Part shown: in pieces, positions 9,477-18,176 of the stretch
Position numbering within the stretch: the first letter of the stretch is position 1
Layout of the letters: each line of letters opens with the position of its first letter
Source of the DNA: Pseudodesulfovibrio piezophilus C1TLV30
Lineage (GTDB): Bacteria; Desulfobacterota; Desulfovibrionia; Desulfovibrionales; Desulfovibrionaceae
DNA length: 32,000 nt
Assembly (NCBI RefSeq): GCF_000341895.1
Contig: NC_020409.1
Location: 3,512,411-3,544,410, forward strand
Direction: 5' to 3'
Notes under the pieces: generated by a model
Told to the model about the DNA's origin: nothing
Databases searched by the model: none
Seen by the model: the letters and a program-made list of their open reading frames with translations, nothing else
Translations under genes and position numbers: made by a program

Positions 9477-10625
9477 ATGCCCAATTTGCTTCTTTTGGCC
9501 TTGCTCGCCACGTTTCCAGCGTTGTCTACGGATATGTATCTGCCAGCGATCCCGACTTTGCAGGTTATCTGGAATATCACGTTGCCGCAGGCGAATTTGT
9601 CGCTTGTAGTCTTTTTCATTGCGTTTAGTGGGTGCCTTCTCATTCATGGTCCTTTGTCGGACAGGTTCGGGCGGCGGCCTGTTCTTATATGGGGTATCGT
9701 GCTTTTTATCATTGGCTGTGGGTTATGTGCCATTGCGAACTCCATCACCATGCTGATTCTGGCTCGAATCGTCCAAGCTGCCGGAGCAGCAGCGGCATCT
9801 GCTTTATCCCTTGCCTTGTCCAAAGACCTGTATGAAGGACTCGTACGGCAAAAGATTTTGGCGTATATTGGGGTTATTCTGGCCCTGTGCCCCATGCTGG
9901 CTCCTTCCTTGGGCGGACTTATGCTCAAGGTCGCTTCGTGGCGTTGGATATTCGCCTGCCAGGCCGTGTTGGCTTGTGCGGCTCTATATGGTGCCGTCAA
10001 GCTCAAGGAACCTTTGTCCGAGTTCACATCAGGAGGTCTTTTGGCCATGGCCGGCCGGTATGTGAAGGTGTTCAGAAATGTGCATTTTCTGATACTCGCT
10101 TTTGCTTTTTCACTGATGACCCTCCCTCATTTCGCCTTTATCGGCGGCTCCCCTGATATTTATATTACTGGGTTTGGCGTATCGGAACAGGCTTTCGGGT
10201 ATTATTTCGGGATCAATGCTTTGGGAATTATGCTTGGTTCACTGGTTTGCTCCAGATTGTCGCAAGTCTTTAGCCCCATGCGGCTTCTGATCTTTTCCCT
10301 CTTCGGACTGTTGGCTGGTGGACTTTTCATGATTCAGTTCGGCGGGATGACTCCGCTCAGTGTTGCCATCCCCATGTTCTGCATAACTTTTTCCACTGGT
10401 TTTTCACGACCTATCAGCAACAATATGGTTCTTGAACAAGTTGATAGTGATGTCGGAGCCGCTTCGTCGATCCTCACATTTGAGATCTTTTTCATTGGTG
10501 CAGGGGGCATGGAGATTATCGCTCTGGATTGGCCTTCGAAATCGTTTGTTCTGGGAATACTGGCACTCATCGGATCTGCTATTCCTTTGATCTCAATTGC
10601 CTGTATCCGTAAATCAATCAAGTAG
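9477..10625 (+). CDS. MFS transporter, Bcr/CflA drug-resistance subfamily
   Basis: 12-TM-like hydrophobic profile. The N-terminal signature LSTDMYLPAIP and GPLSDRFGRRPVL (MFS motif A) are typical of Bcr/CflA. The ATG at 9477 has GGGGA 7 nt upstream; the TTG at 9435 is an alternative start. Confidence 0.85.
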   Translation: MPNLLLLALLATFPALSTDMYLPAIPTLQVIWNITLPQANLSLVVFFIAFSGCLLIHGPLSDRFGRRPVLIWGIVLFIIGCGLCAIANSITMLILARIVQAAGAAAASALSLALSKDLYEGLVRQKILAYIGVILALCPMLAPSLGGLMLKVASWRWIFACQAVLACAALYGAVKLKEPLSEFTSGGLLAMAGRYVKVFRNVHFLILAFAFSLMTLPHFAFIGGSPDIYITGFGVSEQAFGYYFGINALGIMLGSLVCSRLSQVFSPMRLLIFSLFGLLAGGLFMIQFGGMTPLSVAIPMFCITFSTGFSRPISNNMVLEQVDSDVGAASSILTFEIFFIGAGGMEIIALDWPSKSFVLGILALIGSAIPLISIACIRKSIK

Positions 10626-10672
10626 GCGTTCCAGACTCTTTCTGAAACAACTGAGAGTTTGAGAATGAAAAA

Positions 10673-10713
10673 CCTCGCCCCATTTAGTCAAGCGATATGG
10701 GGCGAGGCTTTTT
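10673..10713 (+). terminator. Rho-independent terminator after the MFS gene
   Basis: 10-bp stem CCTCGCCCCA (10673-10682) pairs with TGGGGCGAGG (10698-10707), followed by C and TTTTT (10709-10713). The loop is fairly long (15 nt). Confidence 0.5.
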
Positions 10714-10773
10714 ACATGGAATACAGCTTTTTTCTTGAAAGAAAACGAGTTTTATTCTTTGTGGCTAATGGCG

Positions 10774-10802
10774 TTGCCATTTTTGTATGATGTGCATATA
10801 GT
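10774..10802 (+). promoter_or_regulatory. Candidate sigma70-type promoter for the solute-binding-domain gene
   Basis: TTGCCA (10774-10779), a 17-nt spacer, then TATAGT (10797-10802), about 34 nt upstream of the ATG at 10836. This is pattern matching only. Confidence 0.3.
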
Positions 10803-10835
10803 GCCCCAAATTTTTATTCAGTTCACCGGGGATCG

Positions 10836-11705
10836 ATGCGCACTCCTTTTCTTTTCCTTCTTCTTGCCGGGTTGATACTTTTTAGCGTGCCCAATGGCTC
10901 TGCCCTTGCGCACGACAAGTTGTATGAAAAGTTCGCTTCGCAAGGGCTTGTTATTACCCAGGCCGCCAATATGGCTCCCATGTCGTTTATAGGAATCAAT
11001 GGCGAACCAAGTGGGTATATCATTGACCTCTGGCGCAAATGGTCGGCAGAAACTGGTATCCCTGTCCATTTTCTTCTTCTTGATTGGCCGGAAACATTGA
11101 AAGCGGTCCAGAATGGACAAGCCGATGTCCATGGAGGTTTGTTCTTTTCAAAGGAACAGAATGAATTTTTGCAGGCTTCGCAGCCATTTTTTTCATCCAG
11201 GGGTGCTCTTTTTGTCAGGAATGACCTTGATGTTTCAAGTGTGGCCGACCTGGATGGTGCTTTGGTCGGTGTCATCGAGAATGGGTTTTATAGCAGACTC
11301 CTGCTGCGTGATTTTCCCAAAATAAAATCAGTCCCTATCAAAACAACGTCAGATATAATCAATGCTGCTGCGAGTGGGGAGATTTACGCCTTTATCGGCG
11401 ATTATCCTCCATTAATGTATCAAATTTGTTCGCAAGGGAAAAAGAAGGATTTCAGAGTCTTGCAGTATTTTGGACCTCAAAGGTTCAGGGCGGCTGTTGG
11501 CCTGGGAAACAGTGATCTGCTTCATGTTATCAGGAGTGGGCTTGCCCGTATCGATGAAGGGGAGCGTCAGACCATTATGGGAAGGTGGATTATTGATGAG
11601 GGAGCCAGTACGACGGATTGGATTGTTCCTACCGCACTTCTTTGTACTTTGAGCCTGCTCATAGCGCTGATGGTACCCTTCATCTATGGCCGATTTCAGA
11701 AGTGA
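10836..11705 (+). CDS. Periplasmic solute-binding (family 3 / Venus-flytrap) domain protein with a C-terminal TM anchor and no output domain
   Basis: Sec signal peptide MRTPFLFLLLAGLILFSVPNGSALA-HD. The SBP_bac_3-like core includes PMSFIGINGEPSGYIIDLWRKW...DWPETLKAVQNGQADVHGG. A single C-terminal TM helix (WIVPTALLCTLSLLIALMVPFIY) is followed by only GRFQK before the stop. Confidence 0.7.
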   Translation: MRTPFLFLLLAGLILFSVPNGSALAHDKLYEKFASQGLVITQAANMAPMSFIGINGEPSGYIIDLWRKWSAETGIPVHFLLLDWPETLKAVQNGQADVHGGLFFSKEQNEFLQASQPFFSSRGALFVRNDLDVSSVADLDGALVGVIENGFYSRLLLRDFPKIKSVPIKTTSDIINAAASGEIYAFIGDYPPLMYQICSQGKKKDFRVLQYFGPQRFRAAVGLGNSDLLHVIRSGLARIDEGERQTIMGRWIIDEGASTTDWIVPTALLCTLSLLIALMVPFIYGRFQK

Positions 11706-12681
11706 AGGCGGTCTGGGTAAGGAAAATTTCAGCTCTTTCTTCCGACCAGTAAATATTGTCCGAGTTCTTTTGGACAAAACCGACGTGTCCACCATGTCGA
11801 GGCATTTCCAACCAGAGATTCGGGTTGGCTGTGGCCTCGGTTGTGGGGTAGCATTCCTTTGGAAGGAACGGATCATCCTGAGCGTTGACAAGCAGTGTGG
11901 GAATGCGAATCTTCGCAAGAAATTGCTTGCAACTGGCGTGGCTATAATAATCCTCGGCATCAGAGTATCCGTTGACCGGTGCGGTATATAACCCGTCAAA
12001 CTGACGGAGTGTCTTGATGCTTTTGAGTGGGCCGGGATCAACTTCATTGGGGAAAAGGGCTGCTTTGGTAAGAATTTTTTTCCTGAGACCGCGCATGAAG
12101 TATTCGAAATAGATTCGTCTGGACGGCATGGCTATGGCCCGCTCCGTTGCAGACAGGTCGCAGGGGACGGAAAAGGCGATCCCTTTGACCACGTTTGAAG
12201 GGACCCGTTCAGGGGCTTCTCCGAGATATTTCAGTATTTGGTTGCCTCCCATGGAGAACCCAATCAAGACAATCTCACGATAATTACCTCGGTCAATGCA
12301 ATGATTCACAACGGTATGCAGGTCTTCCGTCAGTCCGGAATGATAGCACCGGACCATGCGGTTTGGGTCCTTGCTGCATCCTCGTTGAGTCCAACAGGCC
12401 GCGTCATATCCATTTCGATTGGCCATTTTAGCCATGCCAAGAATATATTTTTTCCGGGCGTGTCCCTCTAATCCGTGACTGATGATGATCAGCTTTTTTG
12501 AAGGATGCTCTTGTACCGCATGGTAATCTATATCCAGAAAATCTCCATCTGGCGTTTCTATCCGTTCAGAGAGTGGTGATGTCGCTGGCGTGGGTCTGAA
12601 GAGAGGCGGATAGATTGTGGCGAAATTACCGCTTCGGAAAAGAAAAGGGGGAAGAGAGGTGGGGGTGGGGAGAACTGGCAT
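11680..12681 (-). CDS. Alpha/beta-fold hydrolase, YheT/COG0429-like
   Basis: Nucleophile elbow GFSMGGN. The N-terminal pattern ...FRSGNFATIYPPLF...ETPDGDFLDIDYH is typical of YheT-type hydrolases, and C-terminal GGHVGF is present. The 3' end overlaps the convergent upstream gene by 26 nt. Confidence 0.8.
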   Translation of the reverse strand: MPVLPTPTSLPPFLFRSGNFATIYPPLFRPTPATSPLSERIETPDGDFLDIDYHAVQEHPSKKLIIISHGLEGHARKKYILGMAKMANRNGYDAACWTQRGCSKDPNRMVRCYHSGLTEDLHTVVNHCIDRGNYREIVLIGFSMGGNQILKYLGEAPERVPSNVVKGIAFSVPCDLSATERAIAMPSRRIYFEYFMRGLRKKILTKAALFPNEVDPGPLKSIKTLRQFDGLYTAPVNGYSDAEDYYSHASCKQFLAKIRIPTLLVNAQDDPFLPKECYPTTEATANPNLWLEMPRHGGHVGFVQKNSDNIYWSEERAEIFLTQTAFTSEIGHR

Positions 12682-12825
12682 CTCATGTCCTTACGGCGGA
12701 CAAGGGGAGATGTCAAAGCATGGCGTGTGGGGCGATAAGACCTGGCAATAAGGTTGCCTATCAGGGAATGACAGGTATAGCCTTTGAGTGTTTGCGGTAT
12801 GGTTCCGAGTGAATAAAAGGAGTGT

Positions 12826-14031
12826 GTGTCGTTGTTCGAAGTTATTGATCTACAAAATTACGCTGACGTCTTGTTCTGGGCGCTCAATGAAAGCAGGCAA
12901 ACTCCGTTAAAGAATCGGGATGTTGTCCTCATTCGATATGATATTCCAGGGTTAGCCTTGGCTGAAGCCGTATACTCAAAGCTCATAGATGCCCACCTCA
13001 TGCCGGTCCCTCTTGCCATGCCGACGCCGGCCATGGAAATGGAACGATATATCAATGCCAGTTACAGTCAGCTTCTTTTCCAGCAGCCCGGTCAGGCCGA
13101 ACTGTATTCTCATGCTGCCGGGGGGATCAATATCCTTGCTCCGAAAGATCTGACCCATTTACAGGCTGTGGACCCTCGTACCATTGCCGAGGCCCGGAAA
13201 GCAGATGCCCCGAACAGGCAGATCCTTCAGCGACGAAAAAAATCAGGAATGCTTGGGTGGACCACATGCATTTATCCTACGGAAGCATTGGCTCAGGCTT
13301 CCGGCATGAGTCTGGAAGAGTATACCCATGCGCTAGTGCGTGCCTGCTGGCTGAATATGCCTGATCCTGTCAGAGAGTGGCGGCGGCTCAAACGGGAGAT
13401 CGGTGAAGTCTGCGATTGGTTGACAGGGCTTGATATCAAGAGCCTTCGGGTGGAATCAGAGAATATCAATCTCCATGTCCCTGTGGGGAAACACCGTCGT
13501 TTTATCGGTGTCAACGGAGCCAATATTCCCAGCTATGAAATTTACTTTGCGCCAGATGCCCGAGGGGTCAATGGAACCTATTACGCAGACCAGGCGACTC
13601 TCCGCTATGGGCGTCTGGTTAGAGGTGCCTCACTGGATTTTTCCGATGGTATTGCAGCTCGCGCGGAATCAGCGAGGGGAGAGGTCTTTTTGCAAAACCA
13701 GATGTCCTCTGATGCTGGCTGCCACCGGGTTGGAGAATTTTCGCTGACAGACAAACGGTTTTCCCGCATCGATCGTTTTATGGCCCACACCATGCTTGAT
13801 GAAAACTACGGAGGAGCGCACGGCAACTGTCATATCGCGCTTGGAGGGTCCGTGTTGGAAAGTTTTTCCGGCCCCATGGAAATGTTGACCCCGGAAATTG
13901 AATACGAATTAGGCTTCAATGCTTCGGATATGCACTGGGATTTGGTTAATACACAGCCCAAACGAGTCACGGCCATTCTCAGGAATGGGCGTCCTCAACT
14001 TATCTATGAAAACGGGCAATTTTGTCTTTAA
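12826..14031 (+). CDS. Aminopeptidase, MEROPS M29 (AmpS/PepS)-like
   Basis: About 400 aa. The overall pattern (YADVLFWAL..., NIPSYEIYFAPD, VGEFSLTD, HIALGGS) resembles thermophilic-metalloprotease M29 aminopeptidases. The start is uncertain: GTG at 12826 or TTG at 12832, behind AAAGGAG at 12816-12822. Confidence 0.7.
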   Translation: MSLFEVIDLQNYADVLFWALNESRQTPLKNRDVVLIRYDIPGLALAEAVYSKLIDAHLMPVPLAMPTPAMEMERYINASYSQLLFQQPGQAELYSHAAGGINILAPKDLTHLQAVDPRTIAEARKADAPNRQILQRRKKSGMLGWTTCIYPTEALAQASGMSLEEYTHALVRACWLNMPDPVREWRRLKREIGEVCDWLTGLDIKSLRVESENINLHVPVGKHRRFIGVNGANIPSYEIYFAPDARGVNGTYYADQATLRYGRLVRGASLDFSDGIAARAESARGEVFLQNQMSSDAGCHRVGEFSLTDKRFSRIDRFMAHTMLDENYGGAHGNCHIALGGSVLESFSGPMEMLTPEIEYELGFNASDMHWDLVNTQPKRVTAILRNGRPQLIYENGQFCL

Positions 14032-14280
14032 CGGCTGGCTATTATTCAATTATTGCATTTTGATCCGGGCGAGAGTCTGTCCTTTGCTCTTCTCTTCTGC
14101 AAAAAAGACTGCTCAAGAGGCGAAAAAAAGGTATGGATGATGCTCTTGGGCAGTTTCTTTTCGTGCATTTCTTTACACTCTTCTTGTTGACAACGTTTAA
14201 GCCATGCTTATTTGACCAGCAGGCCGCCTTTGAAGCGGGTTTTTTTACAGAAAAATTGTGGAGCGAAGGAAATAAATCCA

Positions 14281-14907
14281 ATGGTGAAGAACAAGAATAC
14301 GGAAGTCCCCATCAACGGGTTGTATGATGAAGAAGGGACGCTGTCCGATGTGGCTTCCGAAGAAATGACCGAAACATCTGTCGCGGAGGAAAATGTGGAG
14401 ACTGAAGCGGAAGTGACTCTCAGCCAGGAAGAGCTTGAGGCACTGTGCAAGGAATCTGTATGCCCCGGATGTGATGTTCACAAAGAGGCCGAATCGATTC
14501 GACTTCGTGCTCTTGCCGATACGGAAAATGTCAAGAAACGGTTGGTTCGGGAAGCCGAAGAGATGAAGAAGTATGCGGGAGAATCTGTCTTGTCCGATCT
14601 GCTCCCGATACTCGACAACCTTGATCTCGCTCTGGGCCATACGGAAAATCTGGATGCGGCCTGCAAGAATTTTGTTATTGGGGTGGATATGACCCGAAAA
14701 TTATTCCTGGATGCTGTCAAATCCCATGGATTGGAAGTAGTGGATGCTGCTCGCGGTGTGGAATTTAATCCCGAGGTTCATGAAGCTCTCGGGACATCAG
14801 AGGAAGAAGGTCTGGGGGATAATCAGATCGCACAGGTCGTGCAAGCCGGATATTTTCTCAAAGGGCGTTTACTTCGTCCTGCCAAGGTTATGGTCAATAA
14901 GGCCTAA
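14281..14907 (+). CDS. grpE: Nucleotide exchange factor GrpE
   Basis: LRALADTENVKKRLVREAEE...LLPILDNLDLAL...GYFLKGRLLRPAKVMV is the canonical GrpE pattern. I preferred the ATG at 14281 (AAGGA upstream) over the ORF-track start at 14212. Confidence 0.9.
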   Translation: MVKNKNTEVPINGLYDEEGTLSDVASEEMTETSVAEENVETEAEVTLSQEELEALCKESVCPGCDVHKEAESIRLRALADTENVKKRLVREAEEMKKYAGESVLSDLLPILDNLDLALGHTENLDAACKNFVIGVDMTRKLFLDAVKSHGLEVVDAARGVEFNPEVHEALGTSEEEGLGDNQIAQVVQAGYFLKGRLLRPAKVMVNKA

Positions 14908-15022
14908 TGCGTTTTTTTGCGCTTGAGGGCTTTACAAGTCTGTCTGCGTGATTATTGAAGAAAGTAACGGAAAACCAAACGCTGTAAGCGAAAATTTCAA
15001 TAGACAATGAGGAGGAATACAC

Positions 15023-16942
15023 ATGGGTAAGATCATAGGGATCGACCTTGGAACCACCAACTCCTGTGTTTACGTCATGGAGGGTAAAGACCCGAAATGC
15101 GTTACCAACCCCGAGGGCGGAAGAACAACTCCGTCTGTCGTGGCTTTTACCAGCAAGGAGCGCCTGGTCGGCGATATCGCAAAACGTCAGGCTGTGACAA
15201 ACCCGGATAAAACCGTCTTTGCCATCAAACGTCTGATGGGACGTAAAGTTGACGCTCCGGAGGTCAAGAAATGGCAGGCTCACTGCCCGTATGAGATTGT
15301 TGCCGGAAACGGTAATGACGCATGGGTTGAGATTGATGGTAAAAAATACAGCCCGCCGGAAGTCTCTGCAATGATTTTGCAGAAACTGAAGAAGGATGCT
15401 GAAACCTACCTGGGTGAAACCGTCACTGAAGCGGTTATCACGGTTCCTGCATATTTTAATGATTCACAACGTCAGGCCACCAAGGACGCAGGCAAGATCG
15501 CCGGTCTTGAGGTGAAGCGTATCATCAACGAGCCGACGGCCGCTTCTCTGGCTTATGGCTTTGACAAGAAGGCAAATGAAAAGATTGCCGTCTTCGACCT
15601 CGGTGGTGGTACATTCGATATCTCCATTCTGGAAGTCGGTGACAATGTCGTTGAAGTTCGCGCCACCAACGGTGACACGTTCCTGGGTGGCGAAGATTTC
15701 GACCATCGAATCATCGAATACCTTGTAGACGAATTCAAGAAGGAAAGCGGGATTGACCTGTCCCAGGATCGCATGGCTTTGCAGCGTCTCAAAGAAGCAG
15801 CGGAAAAAGCCAAGCATGAGCTTTCCAGCTCCATGGAGTCCGAGGTCAACCTGCCGTTCATCACTGCCGATCAGAATGGCCCCAAGCATATGATGGTCAA
15901 GATCAGTCGTGGCAAGCTTGAAAAGCTCGTCGATGACCTTGTCGATCGTACTGTCGAGCCATGTAAAAAGGCTCTTAAGGATGCAGGTTTGTCCGCATCA
16001 GACATTGATGAAGTCGTGCTTGTCGGTGGTATGACCCGTATGCCGCTGGTTCAGGAGAAGGTCAAATCCTTCTTCGGCAAGGAACCTAATCGTTCTGTGA
16101 ACCCGGATGAAGTTGTTTCCATGGGTGCTGCCATTCAGGGCGGTATCCTGGCTGGTGATGTGAAGGACGTGCTGCTCCTTGATGTTACTCCGCTTTCCCT
16201 GGGTATTGAAACTATGGGTGGCGTGATGACTCACCTCATCGAGCGCAACACCACGATCCCGACCAAGAAGTCTCAGGTCTTTACCACGGCTGCTGACAAT
16301 CAGCCTTCCGTGTCCATCCGAGTCTTCCAGGGAGAACGTCCCATGTCTGCGGATAACAAACTGCTCGGTAACTTTGAGTTGAGTGGTATTCCGCCGGCAC
16401 CGCGTGGTGTGCCCCAGATCGAAGTCGCATTTGACATTGATGCCAACGGTATTGTTCATGTCCACGCCAAGGATATGGGGACCGGACGGGAGCAGTCTAT
16501 TCAGATCACCGCCTCTTCTGGATTGAGCGACGATGAAATTGAGCAGATGGTCAAGGATGCCGAGTCTCATGCTGAAGATGATAAGAAGAAGCAAGAGCTT
16601 ATTGAGACCAGAAACCAGGCCGATACACTCATCTACACATCTGAAAAGTCCATGCGTGATCTGGGCGACAAGGTAGATGCAGAGTTGAAGGCTGACATTG
16701 AAGGCAAAATTGAAGCTCTGAAGGGTATTCTTGAAACCGAAGATGTGGAAGACATCAAGGCCAAGACTGAAGAATTGGCTCAGGCTTCCCATAAGCTGGC
16801 AGAACAACTGTACGCTCAGCAGTCTGCTGAAGGCGCTGGCCCTGACATGGGAGCGGGTGCCGCAGGCGCTGCTGATGGAGCTGGTGCTCCATCCAAGGAT
16901 GACGATGATGTGGTCGATGCCGACTACACCGAAGTCAAATAG
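15023..16942 (+). CDS. dnaK: Hsp70 chaperone DnaK
   Basis: [31 protein letters not shown] and an acidic C-terminal tail. Strong RBS GAGGAGG lies upstream. Confidence 0.98.
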   Translation: MGKIIGIDLGTTNSCVYVMEGKDPKCVTNPEGGRTTPSVVAFTSKERLVGDIAKRQAVTNPDKTVFAIKRLMGRKVDAPEVKKWQAHCPYEIVAGNGNDAWVEIDGKKYSPPEVSAMILQKLKKDAETYLGETVTEAVITVPAYFNDSQRQATKDAGKIAGLEVKRIINEPTAASLAYGFDKKANEKIAVFDLGGGTFDISILEVGDNVVEVRATNGDTFLGGEDFDHRIIEYLVDEFKKESGIDLSQDRMALQRLKEAAEKAKHELSSSMESEVNLPFITADQNGPKHMMVKISRGKLEKLVDDLVDRTVEPCKKALKDAGLSASDIDEVVLVGGMTRMPLVQEKVKSFFGKEPNRSVNPDEVVSMGAAIQGGILAGDVKDVLLLDVTPLSLGIETMGGVMTHLIERNTTIPTKKSQVFTTAADNQPSVSIRVFQGERPMSADNKLLGNFELSGIPPAPRGVPQIEVAFDIDANGIVHVHAKDMGTGREQSIQITASSGLSDDEIEQMVKDAESHAEDDKKKQELIETRNQADTLIYTSEKSMRDLGDKVDAELKADIEGKIEALKGILETEDVEDIKAKTEELAQASHKLAEQLYAQQSAEGAGPDMGAGAAGAADGAGAPSKDDDDVVDADYTEVK

Positions 16943-16966
16943 TCAGACTTGCTTTGAATTGATTTT

Positions 16967-16998
16967 AGGCCACCGGGACTTTCCCGGTGGCCTTTTCG
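16967..16998 (+). terminator. Rho-independent terminator after dnaK
   Basis: Perfect 11-bp stem AGGCCACCGGG (16967-16977) pairs with CCCGGTGGCCT (16983-16993) across a 5-nt loop, followed by TTT. Confidence 0.7.
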
Positions 16999-17174
16999 TA
17001 TTTAATATTTAGAAATGATCAAAATCTGATTCGTCTTTATGGGGCGTATCTGTGTCGGGAATCAGATCTTTTCCGTTGTTTGTTATTATGTGGAGTGGCC
17101 GTTGGGGAGCCTCGGCTGTTGAAGGCGATTGAAAGGGAGTGCGTTGTGTGTTTTAAAGTATGACATGACATCCT

Positions 17175-18176
17175 TCATTTCTTTTCCTCGGTAGGCGAGC
17201 GACTCTTCTGCATGAGCCTTTTTTCTGAATTTAATGCGGTTTGCAGTATGGCCTGCTCCATTTTTCCCATAGCCGTGTTGATAGTTGCCATGCCGGAATT
17301 TTGTTCCTGACTGGCCGTCATGATGCTCTGAACGAGGTTGGAGGTTTTCTGGATGTTGGGGATCAATTGATCAATCTTGAGTCCAGCCTGTTCGGCGACC
17401 ATGACACTTTTGTTCGCCATAGCATTTATTTCTGCTGACACTTTGCCGGAATTCTCTGCCAATGTTCTGATCTCTGTGGCGACAACAGCAAATTCTTTTC
17501 CGTTTTCCCCGGCTCTGGCCGCTTCAATCGCTGCATTAAGAGCTAGCAGGGTCGTCTGGCTAATTATCTTCTCGATCATACTAATTTTCCTGATATTTCA
17601 CTCGTCGTTGCGGAGATATCTTCCGTTGCCAAGGCATTCTCATTCTTGCGTTGTGCCGATCGTTGCATTTCCATCAGTTAGACTGCGATTCGTCCTGTTG
17701 GCGAGCGCGGCTGCAATCGATTCCATCCAGGCCAAACGTTCCTCTTTTCGTTTATGAATTTCATCGTCAAACCTTGGTGTAATCAATCGTTTATTCTTTT
17801 GAATGCTCTTTGCAGATGTATGCAGTTGACCATGGAACCTTTCAATTCGAGCCAGGAGTGGTTTCATTTCCGGGATTTTTTTTCGATGCTCAAGCGCTGT
17901 GGTTCATAGTACCATTTGCCAAAACCGCACTGATGGGAGTCTGTTTCAATTCCAAGCTCGGTTTTGTTTGGGGAAGACAGGAAATCGGCCAATGAGATTG
18001 GTCAGGACAAATGCTCGACAAGTTGTTGTCTCAGCATGTTTCGTATGGTGTTTTCATGAACCTTAACTTCGACGTCCTTGAATTGCAGGGTGCACAATAC
18101 GACAATGACAGCGAGCAGGAGAAGAGTACTGCCAAAATCGATGAAAAAATCTTCCTTTCACTGGGATGTTTTCCAT
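17175..18176 (-). pseudogene. Decayed chemoreceptor gene: N-terminal TM anchor, CZB (chemoreceptor zinc-binding) domain, MCP signalling domain
   Basis: All reading is on the minus strand. The ATG at 18176 gives MENIPVKGRFF. A 1-nt shift at a T6 run (A6 on + strand, 18144-18149) leads into IDFGSTLLLLLAVIVVLCTLQFKDVEVKVHENTIRNMLRQQLVEHLS. An in-frame TGA follows at 18002-18004, then PISLADFLSSPNKTELGIETDSHQCGFGKWYYEPQRLSIEKK. A second 1-nt shift at an A8 run (T8 on + strand, 17876-17883) leads into IPEMKPLLARIERFHGQLHTSAKSI..., the CZB HxxxC...HxxxH pattern. In-frame TGAs then occur at 17640-17642 and 17598-17600. The last segment is [44 protein letters not shown]...[15 protein letters not shown] (MCP hairpin tip and C-terminal arm). 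ORF-track entries 18031..18276, 17640..17867 and 17175..17579 are fragments of this one gene. Confidence 0.7.

Noticed and set aside
10762-10777. A sigma54-like element TGGC-N8-TTGC lies upstream of the solute-binding-domain gene.
   Set aside because: The GG-to-GC spacing is 13 nt rather than the strictly conserved 12, and the -24 element lacks the CAC. A sigma70-like TTGCCA-N17-TATAGT using the same TTGC explains the region better.
14133-14327. A small hydrophobic ORF (64 aa) sits in the grpE leader. The short ORFs 17241..17438 and 17377..17757 on the + strand opposite the chemoreceptor remnant were also considered as possible small membrane proteins or toxins.
   Set aside because: They have no RBS and no recognisable motif. 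The latter two are antisense shadows of MCP coiled-coil coding sequence. The first overlaps the true grpE start region.
14032-15022. I searched for a CIRCE/HrcA operator or a clean sigma32 promoter upstream of grpE and dnaK.
   Set aside because: No TTAGCACTC-N9-GAGTGCTAA-like inverted repeat is visible. Candidate sigma32-like pairs (for example GTTG-N17-CTTATTT near 14183-14213) are not shared with the cbpA, clpB and dnaK leaders, so I do not report them as features.
17014-17057. A 9-bp inverted repeat ATCTGATTC/GAATCAGAT with a 26-nt loop lies between the dnaK terminator and the end of the chemoreceptor remnant. It could be a bidirectional terminator.
   Set aside because: The loop is too long and the stem too short and AT-rich to call a terminator with confidence. 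It may be a relic terminator of the decayed gene.
17598-18004. The three in-frame stops in the chemoreceptor remnant are all TGA, so selenocysteine or stop-codon recoding was considered. A small hairpin (CCAATctcATTGG) also follows the TGA at 18002-18004.
   Set aside because: The same gene has frameshifts that recoding cannot fix. The TGA contexts are not redox motifs. One TGA is visibly created by a 6-nt duplication. The hairpin is too small and too close for a bacterial SECIS. Neighbouring genes also use TGA as a normal stop (for example 1531-1533 and 25406-25408).
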